A DNA stretch of 64,000 nucleotides from Mycobacterium sp. (lineage in GTDB: Bacteria > Actinomycetota > Actinomycetes > Mycobacteriales > Mycobacteriaceae). The DNA lies in NCBI GenBank assembly GCA_035633495.1, contig DASQEU010000143.1; one strand, written 5' to 3'. The notes beneath the pieces were generated by a model that worked only from the letters and a program-made list of their open reading frames with translations, was not told the origin of the DNA and made no database searches. This document shows positions 29,375 through 40,040 of this stretch, in pieces. The number at the start of each line of letters is the position of its first letter. The stretch's first letter is position 1. Both the position numbers and the translations under genes were made by a program.

Positions 29375-30263
29375 ATGTGGCGCCAACCCAAGGCCGTCTG
29401 GGCCGTCGCCTTCGCCTCCGTCGTCGCCTTCATGGGCATCGGCCTGGTGGATCCGATCCTGAAGCCGATCGCCGACAACCTCCACGCCACGCCGTCCCAG
29501 GTGTCGCTGCTGTTCACCAGCTACATGGCCGTCATGGGCGTCGCGATGCTCATCACCGGGGTCGTGTCCAGCCGGATCGGACCCAAGCGCACCCTGCTGA
29601 TCGGGCTGGTGATCATCATCGCCGGGGCGGGACTGGCGGGCATGTCCGACTCCGTGATGGGCATCGTCGGATGGCGGGCCCTGTGGGGGCTGGGCAACGC
29701 AGTGTTCATCGCGACCGCGCTGGCCACCATCGTCAACTCGGCCCGCGGCCCGGTGGCCCAGGCGATCATCCTCTACGAGGCCAGCCTTGGCGTTCACCTC
29801 GTTGGTAGTTGCGCCGCGACTACAGCATCGGTTCGGCACCGTGCGGGTGCTGATCCTCAACCTGCTCGCATTCTCGCTGCTTCTCGCCGTGATGGCGGTC
29901 GGGACGGACAGCAAGGCACTGCTGGCGACGTGTGTGGTGATCGCAGGCCTGTTCATCGGCGTCAACAACACACTGATCACGGAGACGGTGATGAAGGCCG
30001 CGCCCGTCGAGCGCGGCGTCGCGTCGGCCGCCTACAGCTTCCTGCGATTCGGCGGCGGCGCCGTGGCACCGTGGCTCGCGGGCGTCCTCGGCGAGACGTT
30101 CAACGCGCACCTGCCGTTCTGGGTCGGGGCGGCAGCGGTCCTGCTCGGCGCGGGGGTCATGGTCGCTACCCGGCCACACCTGACCCACGTCGACGACGCC
30201 GAGGCGCCCGAGGAAGAGGCGCGCGACGAGGCCGTCGCCCTTACCGTCGGCAGCGACAGCTGA
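29375..30263 (+). pseudogene. MFS transporter with internal deletion and frameshift
   Basis: The N-half (MWRQPKAVW..SSRIGPKR..LYEASLG) jumps at ~29787 into another frame (LAFTSLVVAPRL..ERGVASAAYSFLRFGGG). Only ~297 aa in total. Confidence 0.85.
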
Positions 30264-30319
30264 ATCGAACTCGACGACAACCGCATGCGGTTCGACCAGA
30301 TCGGGCAGACTGATCCAGC

Positions 30320-30991
30320 ATGACTGTGCTGACCGTGGTCTCGACGACGCTAGTGCCGGTGGTATCCGTTCTATCGACTGCGGCCGTGGCGATTTGGACG
30401 AAGCGCATCGATGCCAGAACCAAGCGAGACGACAGGGCGCACGAACTCGTCCTGGACTACGAGAAGCGTGCCGGAGACGATAAGAAGGCCGTCCTGAAGT
30501 CGCTGATCTCAGCGACCCTGCACCTCATGCGCGGAGCAGAAAGTCTTGCAGGCACCGACGCGAGCCCGAGCGAAAGACGGGCGGAGGCCATCAGGCAGCT
30601 CTACGAATTCCGTGCACGCCTCGGGTTGGACGACGGCATCGCCGAGCTGATGATCTATGCCGCGGAACCGGTTCGCGACCTCACCGCATTGATTCTTGAC
30701 GAATGGGACCGTCAATTCCGCGAGCACGGCTACTCGCTGGCGCAGCTGGACACCTGCAAGAAGCAACTGGTGCAGGCCGCCACCGAAATCCCCGACGTCC
30801 CTGCATTCGACGATCTGAACATCGTCGAAGGACAGCAGAGGTGGACCGCGCTGAAGGACGAAGAGACCTCGTGGCTCAGGAAACTGGGCGATGAGTCGGC
30901 CCTTGACGTCGATGAGCTGGTGGCGCTGTGTGGACGCACGTTGAAGGCCGCCCACAAGGATCTTCGTGGCGGTTACGGAGTCGAGCATTGA
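30320..30991 (+). CDS. Hypothetical protein with one N-terminal TM and a helical cytoplasmic domain
   Basis: 223-aa ORF with coherent high-GC codon usage. No recognised motif. Confidence 0.7.
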   Translation: MTVLTVVSTTLVPVVSVLSTAAVAIWTKRIDARTKRDDRAHELVLDYEKRAGDDKKAVLKSLISATLHLMRGAESLAGTDASPSERRAEAIRQLYEFRARLGLDDGIAELMIYAAEPVRDLTALILDEWDRQFREHGYSLAQLDTCKKQLVQAATEIPDVPAFDDLNIVEGQQRWTALKDEETSWLRKLGDESALDVDELVALCGRTLKAAHKDLRGGYGVEH

Positions 30992-31020
30992 CGGGCGTCG
31001 GCGCGGCGACGAGCTGAGTT

Positions 31021-31752
31021 CTACCCGACGGAAGTTCCGATGAGTGTGCCGACGACATAGGTCGCCGCGATCGCAATCGCACCAAAGGCCAACTGCCGCA
31101 AGGAGCCCAGCCACACCGCCCGGCGAGTGAAGTAGGCGGCCACCCCACCCGCGACGAGCAGCCCCACGCCGCCACAGGCCAGCCCGAACCAGAGCGACGA
31201 GAAGCCCAGCAGGTACGGGATCAGCGGGACGATCGCGCCGATCGCGAACATCACGAACGACGACCCGGCCGCCACCCACGGCGACGGCTTCTCGTTCGGG
31301 TCGATGCCCAACTCCTGGACGAGGTGGAAGTTCAGCGCGCGGTTCTCGTCCTCGTGAATCTCGTGGGTGGCCGCGGTGGCCGTCGCCTCGGTGATCCCCA
31401 AAGCCACCAACATGCCGATGAGTTCGTTGCGCTCGGCTTCCGGGTTCTTCCGGAAGGATCGTCGCTCGACGCGGACCTCGGATTCGATCTGCTCGTTGGC
31501 CGTCGTCACCGAGGTGTACTCCCCCAGTGCCATCGAGAACGCGCCCGCGAGAAGGCCCGCCACGCCGGCCAGCACCACGGCGTTCGCGCCCGCGCCCGCC
31601 GCGACGCCTGCGATGAGTGCCGTGTTGCTGACCAGTCCATCCATCGCCCCGAACGTGGCGGCCCGCAGCCAGCCGCCAGTGACGTCGGCATGCCGGTGGT
31701 CGATGTCGAGGGGCAGCCCGGTCGGCGGCTGCGAGGGGTCCGGATCTGTCAT
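31021..31752 (-). CDS. VIT1/CCC1-family metal transporter
   Basis: LRAATFGAMDGLVSN, AGAFSMALGEYTSV, PWVAAGSSF. Confidence 0.92.
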   Translation of the reverse strand: MTDPDPSQPPTGLPLDIDHRHADVTGGWLRAATFGAMDGLVSNTALIAGVAAGAGANAVVLAGVAGLLAGAFSMALGEYTSVTTANEQIESEVRVERRSFRKNPEAERNELIGMLVALGITEATATAATHEIHEDENRALNFHLVQELGIDPNEKPSPWVAAGSSFVMFAIGAIVPLIPYLLGFSSLWFGLACGGVGLLVAGGVAAYFTRRAVWLGSLRQLAFGAIAIAATYVVGTLIGTSVG

Positions 31753-31854
31753 GTCGATGATTCAACGCCAGCCTGATTGGCCCGACCCACTCAGGATTGC
31801 CTGGGTTTGCCACATCACAGTTTCACGATCGCTTTCGGGGGATACCGTGGAAAG

Positions 31855-33801
31855 ATGACCACCACCGCTGATCATGTCCGCAATGCGCTCGACGGCCGCT
31901 GGCGGGACATGAAGAACCGGATGCGACAAGAACTCTCCTCCGAGGTCTTCAGGCCGCACTACACGCCGAACACCGTGATCGCCCGCACCAAGGTCACCGA
32001 GCAGATGCGGATCATGGCCGCCAATGGTGCCGCCGAGGACGGCTTCAAGAAGGAGCACGGCGGCAACGGCGACGTTGGCGCCGCGGTGACGCAGATCGAG
32101 ATGTTGGCGATGTCCGACCTGTCACTCATGGTGAAGGCCGGCGTGCAGTGGGGCCTGTTCGGCGGCGCGATCGAGAATCTCGGCACCGAGCGCCACCACG
32201 AGGCCTACGTCAAGAGGCTCATCGATCTGGACTTGCTGGGTTGCTTTGCCATGACCGAGACCGGGCACGGCAGCGACGTGCAAGCGCTCGAGACCACCGC
32301 GACGTACGACCCGGATACGCAGGAGTTCGTCATCGACTCCCCCACCCCGTCCTCGCGCAAGGACTACATCGGCGGCGCCGCGAACACGGCACGGGTGGCG
32401 GCCGTCTTCGCGCAGCTGTTCACCAAGGGAGAGAGCCACGGCGTGCACTGCCTCGTCGTGCCGATCCGAGACGACGACGGCAACGACCTGCCGGGCGTGA
32501 CGACGTCGGACTGCCAGTACAAGGGTGGTCTGCCGGGCGTCGACAACGGCCGGATCCAGTTCGACCAGGTGCGGGTCCCGCGGGAGAACCTGCTGAACAA
32601 GTACGCCGACGTCGCGGAGGACGGCACCTACAGTTCACCGATCGAGAACCAGGGCCGCCGGTTCTTCACGATGCTCGGCACACTGATCCGCGGACGGGTC
32701 ACGGTCGGCGGTAGCGCCGGTGCTGCGGCGCGGGTGGCACTCGACATCGCGACGCGATATGCGCTGGAGCGCAGGCAGTTCGAGGCACCCGGGGCCGAAG
32801 AGGAGGTGCTGATCATGGACTACCTCGTTCATCAGCGCCGACTGTTCCCGTTGATCGCGAAGTCGTACGCCCTGCAGTTCGCCCAGAACGAGCTGGTGGC
32901 CAAGTGTCACGAGCTTCAGACCTCCGACGACCCGGACGCCGAGGAGCAACGAGAACTCGAATCCCGCGCTGCCGGCCTCAAGGCCGCCAACACGTGGCAC
33001 GCCACTCGCGCCATCCAGGAGGCGCGCGAAGCCTGCGGCGGCGCAGGCTATCTGGCGGAGAACCGGCTGATCGCGCTCAAGGCCGACACCGACGTGTTCA
33101 CCACGTTCGAGGGCGACAACCACGTGCTCACGCAGCTGGTGGCGAAGGAACTGCTGACCGCGTACGCCGACGACGTCAAGAGCATGAGCCCGGCGCAGTG
33201 GGTGCGCTTCGCGGCGAACTTCGCCGGCGAGCGGGTGATCAAGCGGACCGCGGCGCAGACGATCATGCAGACGATCGTCGACTCGCGTGAGGACAACGAG
33301 GAGGAGGGCTCGCTGTTCAACCGCGGCACACAGGTGAAGATGTTCGAGGACCGCGAGGAGTACATGCTCGCGTCCGTCGCACGTCGACTGCAGGGCAAGT
33401 CCAAGGAGATGTCTCCGTTCGACGCGTTCAACGCCGTTCAGGACCACGTGTTGCACGCCGCCAAGGCGCACATCGACCGCATCACCCTGGAATCGTTCGT
33501 CGCGGGCATCGACACCTGCGAGGACGAGAAGGCACGCGAGATCCTCGGCATGGTGTGCGACCTCTACGCGCTGTCGGTGATCGAGGATGACAAGGCGTGG
33601 TTCATGGAGCACCGCTTCCTGTCCACCGAGCGCTCCAAGGCCGTCACCCGGGGCATCAACGACCGGTGCCGCAAGCTACGCCCGCACGCCGAGCTCCTGG
33701 TCGAGGGATTCGGGATTCCCGGGCAGTTGCGCTACGCCGAAATGCTGCACCCCGAGCACATCCCCGACGCCGACGAGCACCAAGAGCAGAACGCCGAATA
33801 A
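31855..33801 (+). CDS. Acyl-CoA oxidase/dehydrogenase-family protein
   Basis: GCFAMTETGHGSDV, KDYIGGA, GVDNGRIQF, EAREACGGAGY, TFEGDN. Confidence 0.9.
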   Translation: MTTTADHVRNALDGRWRDMKNRMRQELSSEVFRPHYTPNTVIARTKVTEQMRIMAANGAAEDGFKKEHGGNGDVGAAVTQIEMLAMSDLSLMVKAGVQWGLFGGAIENLGTERHHEAYVKRLIDLDLLGCFAMTETGHGSDVQALETTATYDPDTQEFVIDSPTPSSRKDYIGGAANTARVAAVFAQLFTKGESHGVHCLVVPIRDDDGNDLPGVTTSDCQYKGGLPGVDNGRIQFDQVRVPRENLLNKYADVAEDGTYSSPIENQGRRFFTMLGTLIRGRVTVGGSAGAAARVALDIATRYALERRQFEAPGAEEEVLIMDYLVHQRRLFPLIAKSYALQFAQNELVAKCHELQTSDDPDAEEQRELESRAAGLKAANTWHATRAIQEAREACGGAGYLAENRLIALKADTDVFTTFEGDNHVLTQLVAKELLTAYADDVKSMSPAQWVRFAANFAGERVIKRTAAQTIMQTIVDSREDNEEEGSLFNRGTQVKMFEDREEYMLASVARRLQGKSKEMSPFDAFNAVQDHVLHAAKAHIDRITLESFVAGIDTCEDEKAREILGMVCDLYALSVIEDDKAWFMEHRFLSTERSKAVTRGINDRCRKLRPHAELLVEGFGIPGQLRYAEMLHPEHIPDADEHQEQNAE

Positions 33802-33814
33802 CTGAAAACTGAAG

Positions 33815-33887
33815 CTCCCCCGCGTGGACTCGAACCACGAACCGTCCGATTAACAGTCGGAAGCTCTGCCAATTGAGCTACAGGGGA
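33815..33887 (-). tRNA. tRNA-Asn(GTT)
   Basis: TCCCCTGTAGCTCAATTGGCAGAGCTTCCGACTGTTAATCGGACGGTTCGTGGTTCGAGTCCACGCGGGGGAG cloverleaf. Confidence 0.97.
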
Positions 33888-34055
33888 ATGCTCGTCGGCC
33901 TGCGGGGCATGCCCGAGAACCGAACGCTGACTCTAGCGCATGGGCTCCCGAAGCCGGGTATCGGGCACGTGACGGGGGGGTGCCCGACTCCTTCCGTCAC
34001 GCCTCGCCCGCACGAGGCAGGATGGATGCATGCACCGTCGAATGAAGGGGGTTCA

Positions 34056-34298
34056 GTGATCCGGATCGCCGCCGTCATGGCTGTCGGCTACGTCTTGGGC
34101 GCGAAGGCCGGCAGGCGCCGTTACGAGCAACTCGCAGGCACGTACCGCGCGGTCACGGGCAGCCCGGCGACCAAGGCGGTACTGGATGCTGGACGACGGC
34201 GAATCGCCGACCGGGTGTCGCCCGATCCGACGATGGGGACGTTGACGCCGATAGACGCACAGACCTCGGTGTGGCAACCCGAGGCGGAGAGCCGCTAA
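34056..34298 (+). CDS. Small conserved actinobacterial membrane protein (Rv2342-like)
   Basis: VGYVLGAKAGRRRYEQL motif. Confidence 0.8.
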   Translation: MIRIAAVMAVGYVLGAKAGRRRYEQLAGTYRAVTGSPATKAVLDAGRRRIADRVSPDPTMGTLTPIDAQTSVWQPEAESR

Positions 34299-34579
34299 CC
34301 GATTCCCTGAGTCCAGGTCTGGCCGGGAAGTAGCGGGCTGGTTGAGACGCCGAACCCGCCGTTGGATCCGTTGTTGCCGAAGTTCGGCGTGCCGATATTG
34401 GTCGCATTGCCGTTCGAGTAGCCCAGGCAGATGCCGTCTTCCTTGTTGCCGTACCAGGCCAGACAGGGCGCAGCTTCGGCGTGGCCGGCGCCACCGGTCA
34501 AGGCGATCGCGAGCGGAGCGGCAGCGGCGGCGACCGCCAGGGCTCCCGCGGACACGAGTCGGCGTGCTCGGATGGTCAT
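34295..34579 (-). CDS. Small secreted protein with two Cys
   Basis: Signal peptide (MTIRARRLVSAGALAVAAA..AEA), then PCLAWYG..ICLGYSNG. Confidence 0.7.
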   Translation of the reverse strand: MTIRARRLVSAGALAVAAAAAPLAIALTGGAGHAEAAPCLAWYGNKEDGICLGYSNGNATNIGTPNFGNNGSNGGFGVSTSPLLPGQTWTQGIG

Positions 34580-34633
34580 GAGGCACCCTTCCATTGGTCT
34601 GACAGCGAACTCACCATAGCGTGACGAGGCGGT

Positions 34634-36574
34634 TCACGCATTAAGGTCGTCGCCGCTCGCCCGTTCCAACAGGCTGCGACGGTAGGTCTCCATCGCGACG
34701 AGATCGCCGAACAACGCGTTGTAATCGTCGTCGTTGTCGACGGGCGACATGCGCTGCAGCTTGGACTTCATCTCGGCGATCTGCCTGCCGACCCACACTT
34801 CCTGCAACCTGGCCAGCACGCCGCCGATGTAGCGGGCCAGGCGCTCGTCGTCGTCGACCCGGAATGCCTCCACCCCGAGTTCGTTGACTAGATTCGCCGC
34901 CTGGGGCGACGCCGTCTGCTCGCGGACCGCGTCGATCCACTGCCCTCCCGAGCCGCCGGACGACATTCCGCCCGCCGCCGCGATCGCGGTGCGCACCGCG
35001 GCATAGCCCGGATGGGTGAAGCTCTCGACCGTCAACGTGTCGAAGACGGGTCCGGCGATCGCGGGATACTGCAGCGCGGCCTTGAGCGCCTCGCGCTGCG
35101 GCCACAGGGTCGGATCCCGCGGGTCCGGGCGTGCCACGGTGACGGTGGGCCCGGCAGCCGGGTTCGCTCCCCTGCGCGCATCACGTCGAGGTGCGCCGCC
35201 ACCGGCCTTGGCGGTCTCCCGCACACGGCCGATGACCTGGGCGACGTCGTCCCAGCCGACCCAGCCCGCCAACTGACGGGCGTATTCGTCGCGCAGCGTC
35301 GGATCCTTGATCCTCGCCGCCATCGGGACGCAACGGCGTAGCGCAGAGACCCGGCCCTCCGCACTGTCGAGATCGTGATCGGCGAGCGCAGTGCGAATCA
35401 CGAACTCGAACAACGGGGTTCGTCGCGCGACGAGGTCGCGCAGCGCGCCGTCGCCGGACTTCAACCGCAGATCGCAGGGATCCATGCCCTCGTCCGCGAC
35501 CGCGACGAAGGACTGTCCGGAGAGGTTCTGTTCACCCTCGAACGCCTTGACCGCCGCGGCCCGGCCCGCCGCATCGCCGTCGAACACGTAGATCAGCTCA
35601 CCACGAAAGAAGTTGTCGTCCATCATGAGTCGCCGCAGCATCGCGAGGTGCTCCTCGCCGAATGCCGTGCCGCAGGACGCGACGGCCGTCGTCACGCCCG
35701 CCAGATGCATCGCCATGACGTCCGTGTAGCCCTCCACGACGACGGCCTGATGGCCCTTGGCGATGTCGCGCTTGGCCAGGTCGAGCCCAAAGAGGACGTT
35801 CGACTTCTTGTAGAGCACCGTCTCCGGAGTGTTGACGTACTTGGCGTCCATGTGATCGTCGTCGAACAACCGACGCGCGCCGAAGCCGATGACCTCACCG
35901 CTGGACACCCGGATGGGCCACAACAACCGTCGGTGGAAGCGGTCCATCGGGCCACGACGACCTTCCCGCGACAGGCCCGCGGCCTCCAGCTCCTTGAACT
36001 CGAAACCCTTGCGCAACAGGTGTTTCGTGAGCGTGTCCCATCCGGACGGCGCGAACCCGCAGCCGAACTGAGCGGCCGCCTCGGCATCGAAGTTGCGCCC
36101 GAGCAGATACTGCCGGGCGGGCAAGGCCTCGGCCGACTGCAGCGCCTCGGCGTAGAACGCCTGTGCCGCCGCGTTGGCGGCGATCAGCCTGCTGCGGCTG
36201 CCCCGGTCCCTCTGGACGTTGGTGGCCGAGGCGCCGGTGTATGTGACGGTGTAGCCGATGCGGTCGGCGAGCATCTCGACCGACTCGACGAAGCTGACGT
36301 GCTCGATCTTCTGCAGAAACGCGTAGACGTCACCGCCCTCGCCGCACCCGAAGCAATGGAAGTGGCCGTGGTTGGGCCGGACGTGGAACGACGGTGACTT
36401 CTCGTCGTGGAACGGGCACAACCCCTTCAGCGAGTCGGCTCCCGCGCGCCGCAACTGCACGTAGTCGCCGACCACGTCCTCGATGCGGGTGCTTTCGCGA
36501 ATGGAGGCGATGTCACGGTCGGGAATCCTCCCGCCCCGAGTCGCATCGCTCCTGCCCGCTGCCGCCACCGGCAC
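34634..36574 (-). CDS. dnaG: DNA primase
   Basis: CHC2 Zn finger (CPFHDEKSPSF..CFGC), KYVNTPET, TOPRIM VVEGYTDV and FDGD. Exact start uncertain. Confidence 0.97.
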   Translation of the reverse strand: MPVAAAGRSDATRGGRIPDRDIASIRESTRIEDVVGDYVQLRRAGADSLKGLCPFHDEKSPSFHVRPNHGHFHCFGCGEGGDVYAFLQKIEHVSFVESVEMLADRIGYTVTYTGASATNVQRDRGSRSRLIAANAAAQAFYAEALQSAEALPARQYLLGRNFDAEAAAQFGCGFAPSGWDTLTKHLLRKGFEFKELEAAGLSREGRRGPMDRFHRRLLWPIRVSSGEVIGFGARRLFDDDHMDAKYVNTPETVLYKKSNVLFGLDLAKRDIAKGHQAVVVEGYTDVMAMHLAGVTTAVASCGTAFGEEHLAMLRRLMMDDNFFRGELIYVFDGDAAGRAAAVKAFEGEQNLSGQSFVAVADEGMDPCDLRLKSGDGALRDLVARRTPLFEFVIRTALADHDLDSAEGRVSALRRCVPMAARIKDPTLRDEYARQLAGWVGWDDVAQVIGRVRETAKAGGGAPRRDARRGANPAAGPTVTVARPDPRDPTLWPQREALKAALQYPAIAGPVFDTLTVESFTHPGYAAVRTAIAAAGGMSSGGSGGQWIDAVREQTASPQAANLVNELGVEAFRVDDDERLARYIGGVLARLQEVWVGRQIAEMKSKLQRMSPVDNDDDYNALFGDLVAMETYRRSLLERASGDDLNA

Positions 36575-36611
36575 AGTCTATGCGTGCGCCACGACCCCGC
36601 CGCCCCGGTTC

Positions 36612-37868
36612 TCACACCGGTCCGAGACGCTCCACCCGCCCCTCGGTGTACGACGCGATCTGGTCGCGGATCACCCGCAGACGGGCCCCGTCGTCGGCCG
36701 CGGCGTTGAACTCCGGGACGAAGATCGGATCGAGGGTGGCAGGCGCCCTGGCCAACAGGAACCGGGCGACGGCGTGGATGCGTTCGCGTTGCCGCGCCTG
36801 CAGTTCCAGGTGTGGCGGGTCCGACATGATGAACTGCAGCGCGAGAATCTTGAGCAGGACGACCTCGGCCCGCACGGTCGCGGGGACCGACAGGTCGGCC
36901 CGATAGCGGACCAGCGGACCGGGGCCGGTCCGCTCCCGGGTGGCGGCGATGGCGGCCGACGCGAATCGCCCGACGAACTCACTGGTCAGCGTCTTCAACG
37001 CGACCGATGCGGCCAAGGTCCCGTCGTACTTGCCGACGGCGGCGACCACCGGAAGTGCCGACAGCCGCTCGGCCGCCGCGACCAGGTCGTCCGCGGCGAG
37101 CCCGCCGCCCATACCGCTGGCCTCACCGAGCCGGCCGAGCACGTCGACCGCGTCCTCGTCGGCGAGCACTCGCAGGTCGATGCGGCCGGAGACCACGCCG
37201 TCCTCGACGTCGTGCACCGAGTACGCCACGTCGTCGGCCCAGTCCATCACCTGGGCCTCCAGGCAGGGCTTGCCCTTGGGCGTTCCCTCGCGCACCCAGC
37301 TCGCCGCCACCACGTCGTCGGCGTAGAAGCCGAACTTGCCCTTCTCGGGGCCGCGGAACCACGGATACTTCGTCACCGCGTCCAGGGCGGCTCGAGTGAG
37401 GTTCAGTCCCGCGCTAACACCCTGTCCATCAAGGACTTTCGGCTCCATCTTCGTCAGGATCCTAAAGTTCTGGGCATTGCCCTCGAACCCGCCGAAGTCT
37501 CCTGCCAGCTCGTCGAGGGCCCGCTCGCCGTTGTGCCCGTAGGGCGGGTGGCCGATGTCGTGCGCCAGGCCCGCGAGGTCGACGAGGTCGGGGTCACACC
37601 CCAGCCCGACGGCCATTCCGCGGCCGATCTGGGCGACCTCCAACGAGTGCGTCAACCGCGTCCGCGGTGTCTCGCTCTGCCGCGGCCCGACGACCTGCGT
37701 CTTGTCGGCCAGCCGGCGAAAGGCGGCGCTGTGCAGGACCCTTGCGCGGTCGCGGGCGAAGTCGGTGCGGTGTTCGGTGTCGGTCCCCGGCAAGGCAGCA
37801 CCCTTCGGCGCCTCGACCACCATGCGTTGCCGGTCGAAGTCGTCGTAGAGATCCTTGGAGTGCGCCAC
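36612..37868 (-). CDS. dgt: Deoxyguanosinetriphosphate triphosphohydrolase
   Basis: [40 protein letters not shown]. The real start is well inside the listed ORF. Confidence 0.95.
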   Translation of the reverse strand: MAHSKDLYDDFDRQRMVVEAPKGAALPGTDTEHRTDFARDRARVLHSAAFRRLADKTQVVGPRQSETPRTRLTHSLEVAQIGRGMAVGLGCDPDLVDLAGLAHDIGHPPYGHNGERALDELAGDFGGFEGNAQNFRILTKMEPKVLDGQGVSAGLNLTRAALDAVTKYPWFRGPEKGKFGFYADDVVAASWVREGTPKGKPCLEAQVMDWADDVAYSVHDVEDGVVSGRIDLRVLADEDAVDVLGRLGEASGMGGGLAADDLVAAAERLSALPVVAAVGKYDGTLAASVALKTLTSEFVGRFASAAIAATRERTGPGPLVRYRADLSVPATVRAEVVLLKILALQFIMSDPPHLELQARQRERIHAVARFLLARAPATLDPIFVPEFNAAADDGARLRVIRDQIASYTEGRVERLGPV

Positions 37869-37940
37869 CGACGCACAGTCTGCCAGGACGCTCCGCCGGT
37901 CTCCGGTTCCCGTCGGGTCCGGCGCACTACATTGGCGGTC

Positions 37941-39962
37941 ATGCGCATCGCACGGGCTGCCCGCCTCCTGAGCCTGCTTCTCGCGGTACTGACCGTGGGC
38001 GCACTGCTGGCGCCGAACCTCCCGATGGCCGGCGCCGTGCCCCCGTCTCGGCTGACCGACTACGTCACCGACGACGCGGGAGTGTTGGACGCCAGTGCCC
38101 TCAGCGACGTGAGTGGAGCCGTCGACGACCTCTACACCGCCCGCCGGGTTCGGCTGTGGGTGGTCTACGTCGACAGCTTCTCCGGCCAGACGGGAACGGC
38201 CTGGGCGCAAAGGGCCATGCAGATCAACAACTTTCAGCCCGACCAGGATGCGATCCTCGCGGTCGCCACCCAGGACCGCGACTACGCCCTGCTGGCGGGC
38301 ACCGCGATCCTGAGCGACTCCGATCAGGCGAGTCTTCGCCGAAACGAGGTGGAACCGGCGTTGCGGCAAGGCGACTGGGCGGGTGCCGCGACCGCCGCTG
38401 CCACCGGGTTGAAGAACGACGGCACCTCGACCGGGAGCGTCTCCTGGGTCGGTGTCGTCATCTTCCTCGCGATCATCGCCCTGGCGGTCCTGGCGTTGGT
38501 GATGTGGCGCGGGCGCAGGCGACGCAAGCGCCGCGAGGCGGAGTTCGCCGCCGCGCAGCGGGTCGACCCGGCAGATCCCAACGCGCTGGCGTCGCTGTCC
38601 CCCGACGCACTCGACGACCTATCGAAGTCGGTCGTCGTCGAAGTCGACAATGCCGTACGCACCAGCGACAACGAGCTGACCTTGGCGGTCGAGGAGTTCG
38701 GCGAGAGAGACACCGCCCCCTTCGTCCAGGCCGTGTCAGGAGCGAAAACGGCGCTCGCGCAAGCGTTCAACGTCCGCCAGATCCTCGACGACACCGTCCC
38801 CGAGACGCCTGCGCAGCGCCGCGATCTGCTTACCCGCGTCATCGTGGCGGCCGCCAGGGCCGACGACGAACTCGAGGCGCAACGCGAGGCCTTCGGCAAG
38901 CTGCGCGACCTGATCATCAATGCGCCGGACCGACTGGACACCCTCACCCAGCAGATGGTCGACCTGACGGCGCGCATCGAACCCGCCGGGCAGACACTCG
39001 CGGCACTGCACTCGCAGTTCTCCGAGACCGCGTTGGCATCCGTGGCGGGCAACGTCGACACCGCCAAGCAGCGCTTGTCGTTCGCCGACCAGAACATCAC
39101 CAAAGGCCGCGCGCTCGTCGCCAAGCCGGCGGGTAGCCAGGGCGGGCTCGTCGACGCGATCCGGGCAGCGGAATCCGCGTTGGGCCAGGCCCGCACCTTG
39201 CTCGACTCCGTCGACAGCGCGTCCACCGACATCAACCGGGCGGTGGCCGCGCTCCCGGCGGCGATCGCCGACATCCAGAACGGCATCAACGCCGCTGCCG
39301 CCCAACTCGCGCGGGGCAACGTCAGACGCGCTTCCGAGTTGACCACGGCGCGCGACGCAGCCGCGATGGCCGTCGCGCAGGCGCAGAACGCGGGTACCTC
39401 GAATCCGCTGGGCACGTTTACGCAGCTGACGCAGGCCGACGCGCAACTCGACCGGCTGCTGGCGGACATCGGTGACGAACTCGAGACAGCGGCACGCTTG
39501 AATCGAGCGTTCGATCAGGCACTGTTCAGCGCTCAGTCGCAGGTGCGTTCGGTGTCGGACTTCATCGACACCCGCCGCGGCAGCGTCGGACCCGAGGCGC
39601 GCACCCGGCTGGCGGAGGCCGTGCGTCAGCTGGAGGCCGCGCAGGCCCTCAAGTCGACCAACCTCTCGGAAGCCATCCAGCACGCCAACGGTGCCGCGAT
39701 GCGGGCGGCGCAGGCTCAGTCCATGGCGAACGCCGACGTCACTGCGGCCCAGCGCCAGTACACCGGGCGCTACAGCGGCCCGGGTGGGTTCAGCGGCGGC
39801 GGCAACACCGGCGCCATCCTCGGCGGCATCCTCATCGGCAACATCCTGTCGGGCGCACTGCGCGGCGGGATCGGCGGCAGCGTCGGTGGCGGTGGCGGCT
39901 GGAGTCCAGGATCGTTCGGCGGCTCCGGCGGCGGCTGGGGCGGTGGCGGCGGCCGCTTCTAG
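37941..39962 (+). CDS. TPM-domain membrane protein with coiled coil and Gly-rich tail (Rv2345-like)
   Basis: Signal peptide, TPM domain ([17 protein letters not shown]), one TM, a long helical region, and a GGGRF terminus. Confidence 0.9.
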   Translation: MRIARAARLLSLLLAVLTVGALLAPNLPMAGAVPPSRLTDYVTDDAGVLDASALSDVSGAVDDLYTARRVRLWVVYVDSFSGQTGTAWAQRAMQINNFQPDQDAILAVATQDRDYALLAGTAILSDSDQASLRRNEVEPALRQGDWAGAATAAATGLKNDGTSTGSVSWVGVVIFLAIIALAVLALVMWRGRRRRKRREAEFAAAQRVDPADPNALASLSPDALDDLSKSVVVEVDNAVRTSDNELTLAVEEFGERDTAPFVQAVSGAKTALAQAFNVRQILDDTVPETPAQRRDLLTRVIVAAARADDELEAQREAFGKLRDLIINAPDRLDTLTQQMVDLTARIEPAGQTLAALHSQFSETALASVAGNVDTAKQRLSFADQNITKGRALVAKPAGSQGGLVDAIRAAESALGQARTLLDSVDSASTDINRAVAALPAAIADIQNGINAAAAQLARGNVRRASELTTARDAAAMAVAQAQNAGTSNPLGTFTQLTQADAQLDRLLADIGDELETAARLNRAFDQALFSAQSQVRSVSDFIDTRRGSVGPEARTRLAEAVRQLEAAQALKSTNLSEAIQHANGAAMRAAQAQSMANADVTAAQRQYTGRYSGPGGFSGGGNTGAILGGILIGNILSGALRGGIGGSVGGGGGWSPGSFGGSGGGWGGGGGRF

Positions 39963-39979
39963 CCCTCCCCCCTTTTCTG

Positions 39980-40040
39980 GCGCGAGCGTGCGTGTTTGCG
40001 GCCGACACGCCGCGTCGAGATCGGAGTTCACGCACGCTCA
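39980..40040. repeat. Left 61-bp hairpin-forming inverted repeat flanking the DUF559 gene
   Basis: 53/61 identical to the reverse complement of 41015-41075. Internal stem GAGCGTGCGTG/CACGCACGCTC. Confidence 0.92.

Noticed and set aside
31785-31815. Possible IdeR box upstream of the VIT1 gene (TCAGGATTGCCTGGG)
   Set aside because: Only the left half loosely matches and there is no palindromic right half.
36483-37940. N-terminal ~486 aa of the 1159-aa ORF 36483-39962
   Set aside because: It overlaps dgt on the opposite strand. The real TPM protein starts at ATG 37941 with a signal peptide.
39770-39960. GGC-rich repeats at the end of the TPM gene, and ACG/ACA repeats at 60634-60655
   Set aside because: These encode ordinary Gly-rich and poly-Thr linkers typical of these protein families.
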